A DNA stretch of 60,755 bases, counting the filler, from Hausera hauseri (taxonomy: Eukaryota): NCBI GenBank assembly GCA_046269625.1. It is 12 parts of 12 records of this genome, joined end to end, with 100 filler letters (N's around TTAATTAATTAA, not from the genome) between each part and the next. Parts side by side here need not be neighbours in the genome. Positions count along the whole stretch, not along the records: positions 56,632 to 60,755 come from JBJURY010746765.1; 11 more parts are not named here. One strand, written 5' to 3'. The notes under the pieces were generated by a model, which was not told the DNA's origin, ran no database searches, and worked only from the letters and a program-made list of their open reading frames with translations. A program made the translations under genes and the position numbers. Shown here one piece after another: positions 59,801 to 60,755 of the stretch. Within the stretch, counting starts at the first letter, position 1, and every line of letters starts with the position of its first letter.

Positions 59801-60233
59801 GTCAGATGGACTACTGGACTCATCCGACTACCCACCGGATCATCCGCTGTACAGCAGCGCGATAACAAACAAAATCGGCTGCTTCAAGAACGAAAGCGAA
59901 GGCCGGGTCAACTACAGGGAATGGATATTACTACGCCCAAAGTGCTTCAGTCTGTTGACGGACTATGGGCCGAAAATGCGGGCAAAAGGCATCCAACTGA
60001 AACAGACGGTACTAAGTCATGGTTATTATCGCCGTGTCTATGATAAACATGAAGACGGAGAAGACGGAGGAATTGCAGGAAAGGTTGTTGTGTCTGAAAC
60101 GACCATAGGATCAATTACGCACCAGCTGTATACCATCACAAATCAAAAGGTTGCTTTGTCATGCAACGATGACAAGCGAAAGTGGCTGGGGCAAAATAAG
60201 AGTTGGGCGTATGGGCATTGGCTGTTGAAGTAA
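56850..60233 (+). pseudogene. second Maverick/adintovirus protein-primed DNA polymerase B (distinct family), with stops/frameshifts
   Basis: GSGWRI; VLNIKNTNDGYCFLYSILA; YVVYADIEA; VPDHDHFTGRYLGAACNSCNL; LPVIFHNFRGY; RFLDSLQFL; KGIFPY; LDVILLADVF; GIRGG; YIDINNLYGWALSQPLP; YKLKSNSFYGKTVEN; GDTDSF; LRPKCFS; DDKR...AYGHW*. Confidence 0.93.
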
Positions 60234-60482
60234 AGCACATACATTGCACAGTCAGTCAGCTTATATCAAGTACAATCAGTCAGACAGTCAGTACAATTTA
60301 TAAAAACTGACACTTACTGTCATTTCATTTGATGAATAATGTATATTTGTTCACGTGTTTTGTTTTGTTCTGTCTTTTTAATTTAACGTATTATTATTAT
60401 GTATGGCATTTAATAAAATAATGAATTAAGAGAAAAGTAAAATCAATATTTTATTAATCATAAAACACAAAAAGAACGCAAG

Positions 60483-60755
60483 TCAAATCAAACTAAATTT
60501 GCCCAATTTCACCATTGGGGATTTAACGCCACCCAGTTTTTTGTAGCCTTTCAATTTCAGCGTCAAGCAGCCTTTAGCACCTTCGGATGGCAAAGTCATC
60601 GCTTCTGCTTCTGTTGTTTTTGTTGTTGTTGTTGTTGTTTTTGTTGTTTCATCGCCACTTGAACAAACAATTTTTTTTATATTGCCCTTGAGAAAAAGAG
60701 ATGATGTGTCCCGAATATCATTGGACAACACCAAATCACTGTCGACGTTTTTCAG
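60483..60755 (-). CDS. 3' end of an unknown gene convergent with pPolB (probably a Maverick accessory ORF)
   Basis: Frame runs from the contig end to a stop at 60483; the AT-rich gap between the two genes has AATAAA on both strands. Confidence 0.3.
   Translation of the reverse strand: MKNVDSDLVLSNDIRDTSSLFLKGNIKKIVCSSGDETTKTTTTTTKTTEAEAMTLPSEGAKGCLTLKLKGYKKLGGVKSPMVKLGKFSLI

Overview
This window is not one locus. It is 12 short eukaryotic (animal-type) contigs of about 4-10 kb, joined by artificial 100-bp linkers (44 N + TTAATTAATTAA + 44 N), so adjacency across a linker means nothing biologically. Content is dominated by decayed mobile elements. Maverick/Polinton (adintovirus-like) remnants include a penton-core-major capsid module, two different protein-primed PolB pseudogenes and two copies of an AGTAG-terminated TIR. 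There are also Ty3/gypsy fragments, a LINE RNase H fragment, an ITmD37E-like transposase, a MITE, a tRNA-derived SINE, a tRNA-Pro pseudogene and several minisatellites. Host sequences include an intact 2-exon S1A serine protease, an LRRC6/DNAAF11 pseudogene fragment, a collagen XIV/XX-like FN3 exon and two putative micro-exons. The most interesting signal spans four contigs and looks like a giant, enveloped Ty3/gypsy-type retroelement. (i) A chuvirus-like (class III) fusion glycoprotein sits UPSTREAM of protease-RT, and its tail is in the protease reading frame. (ii) A 10.3-kb, essentially single-frame polyprotein has alternating signal-peptide/transmembrane segments, PPxY motifs, Trp-anchored helical repeats and duplicated FN3-like receptor modules. 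(iii) The same C-x9-CC FN3-like domain recurs just after a gypsy integrase on another contig. (iv) A Gag zinc knuckle is followed by a long helical region rather than a protease. Linking these contigs into one element family is an inference from shared motifs read by eye; no database searches were run.
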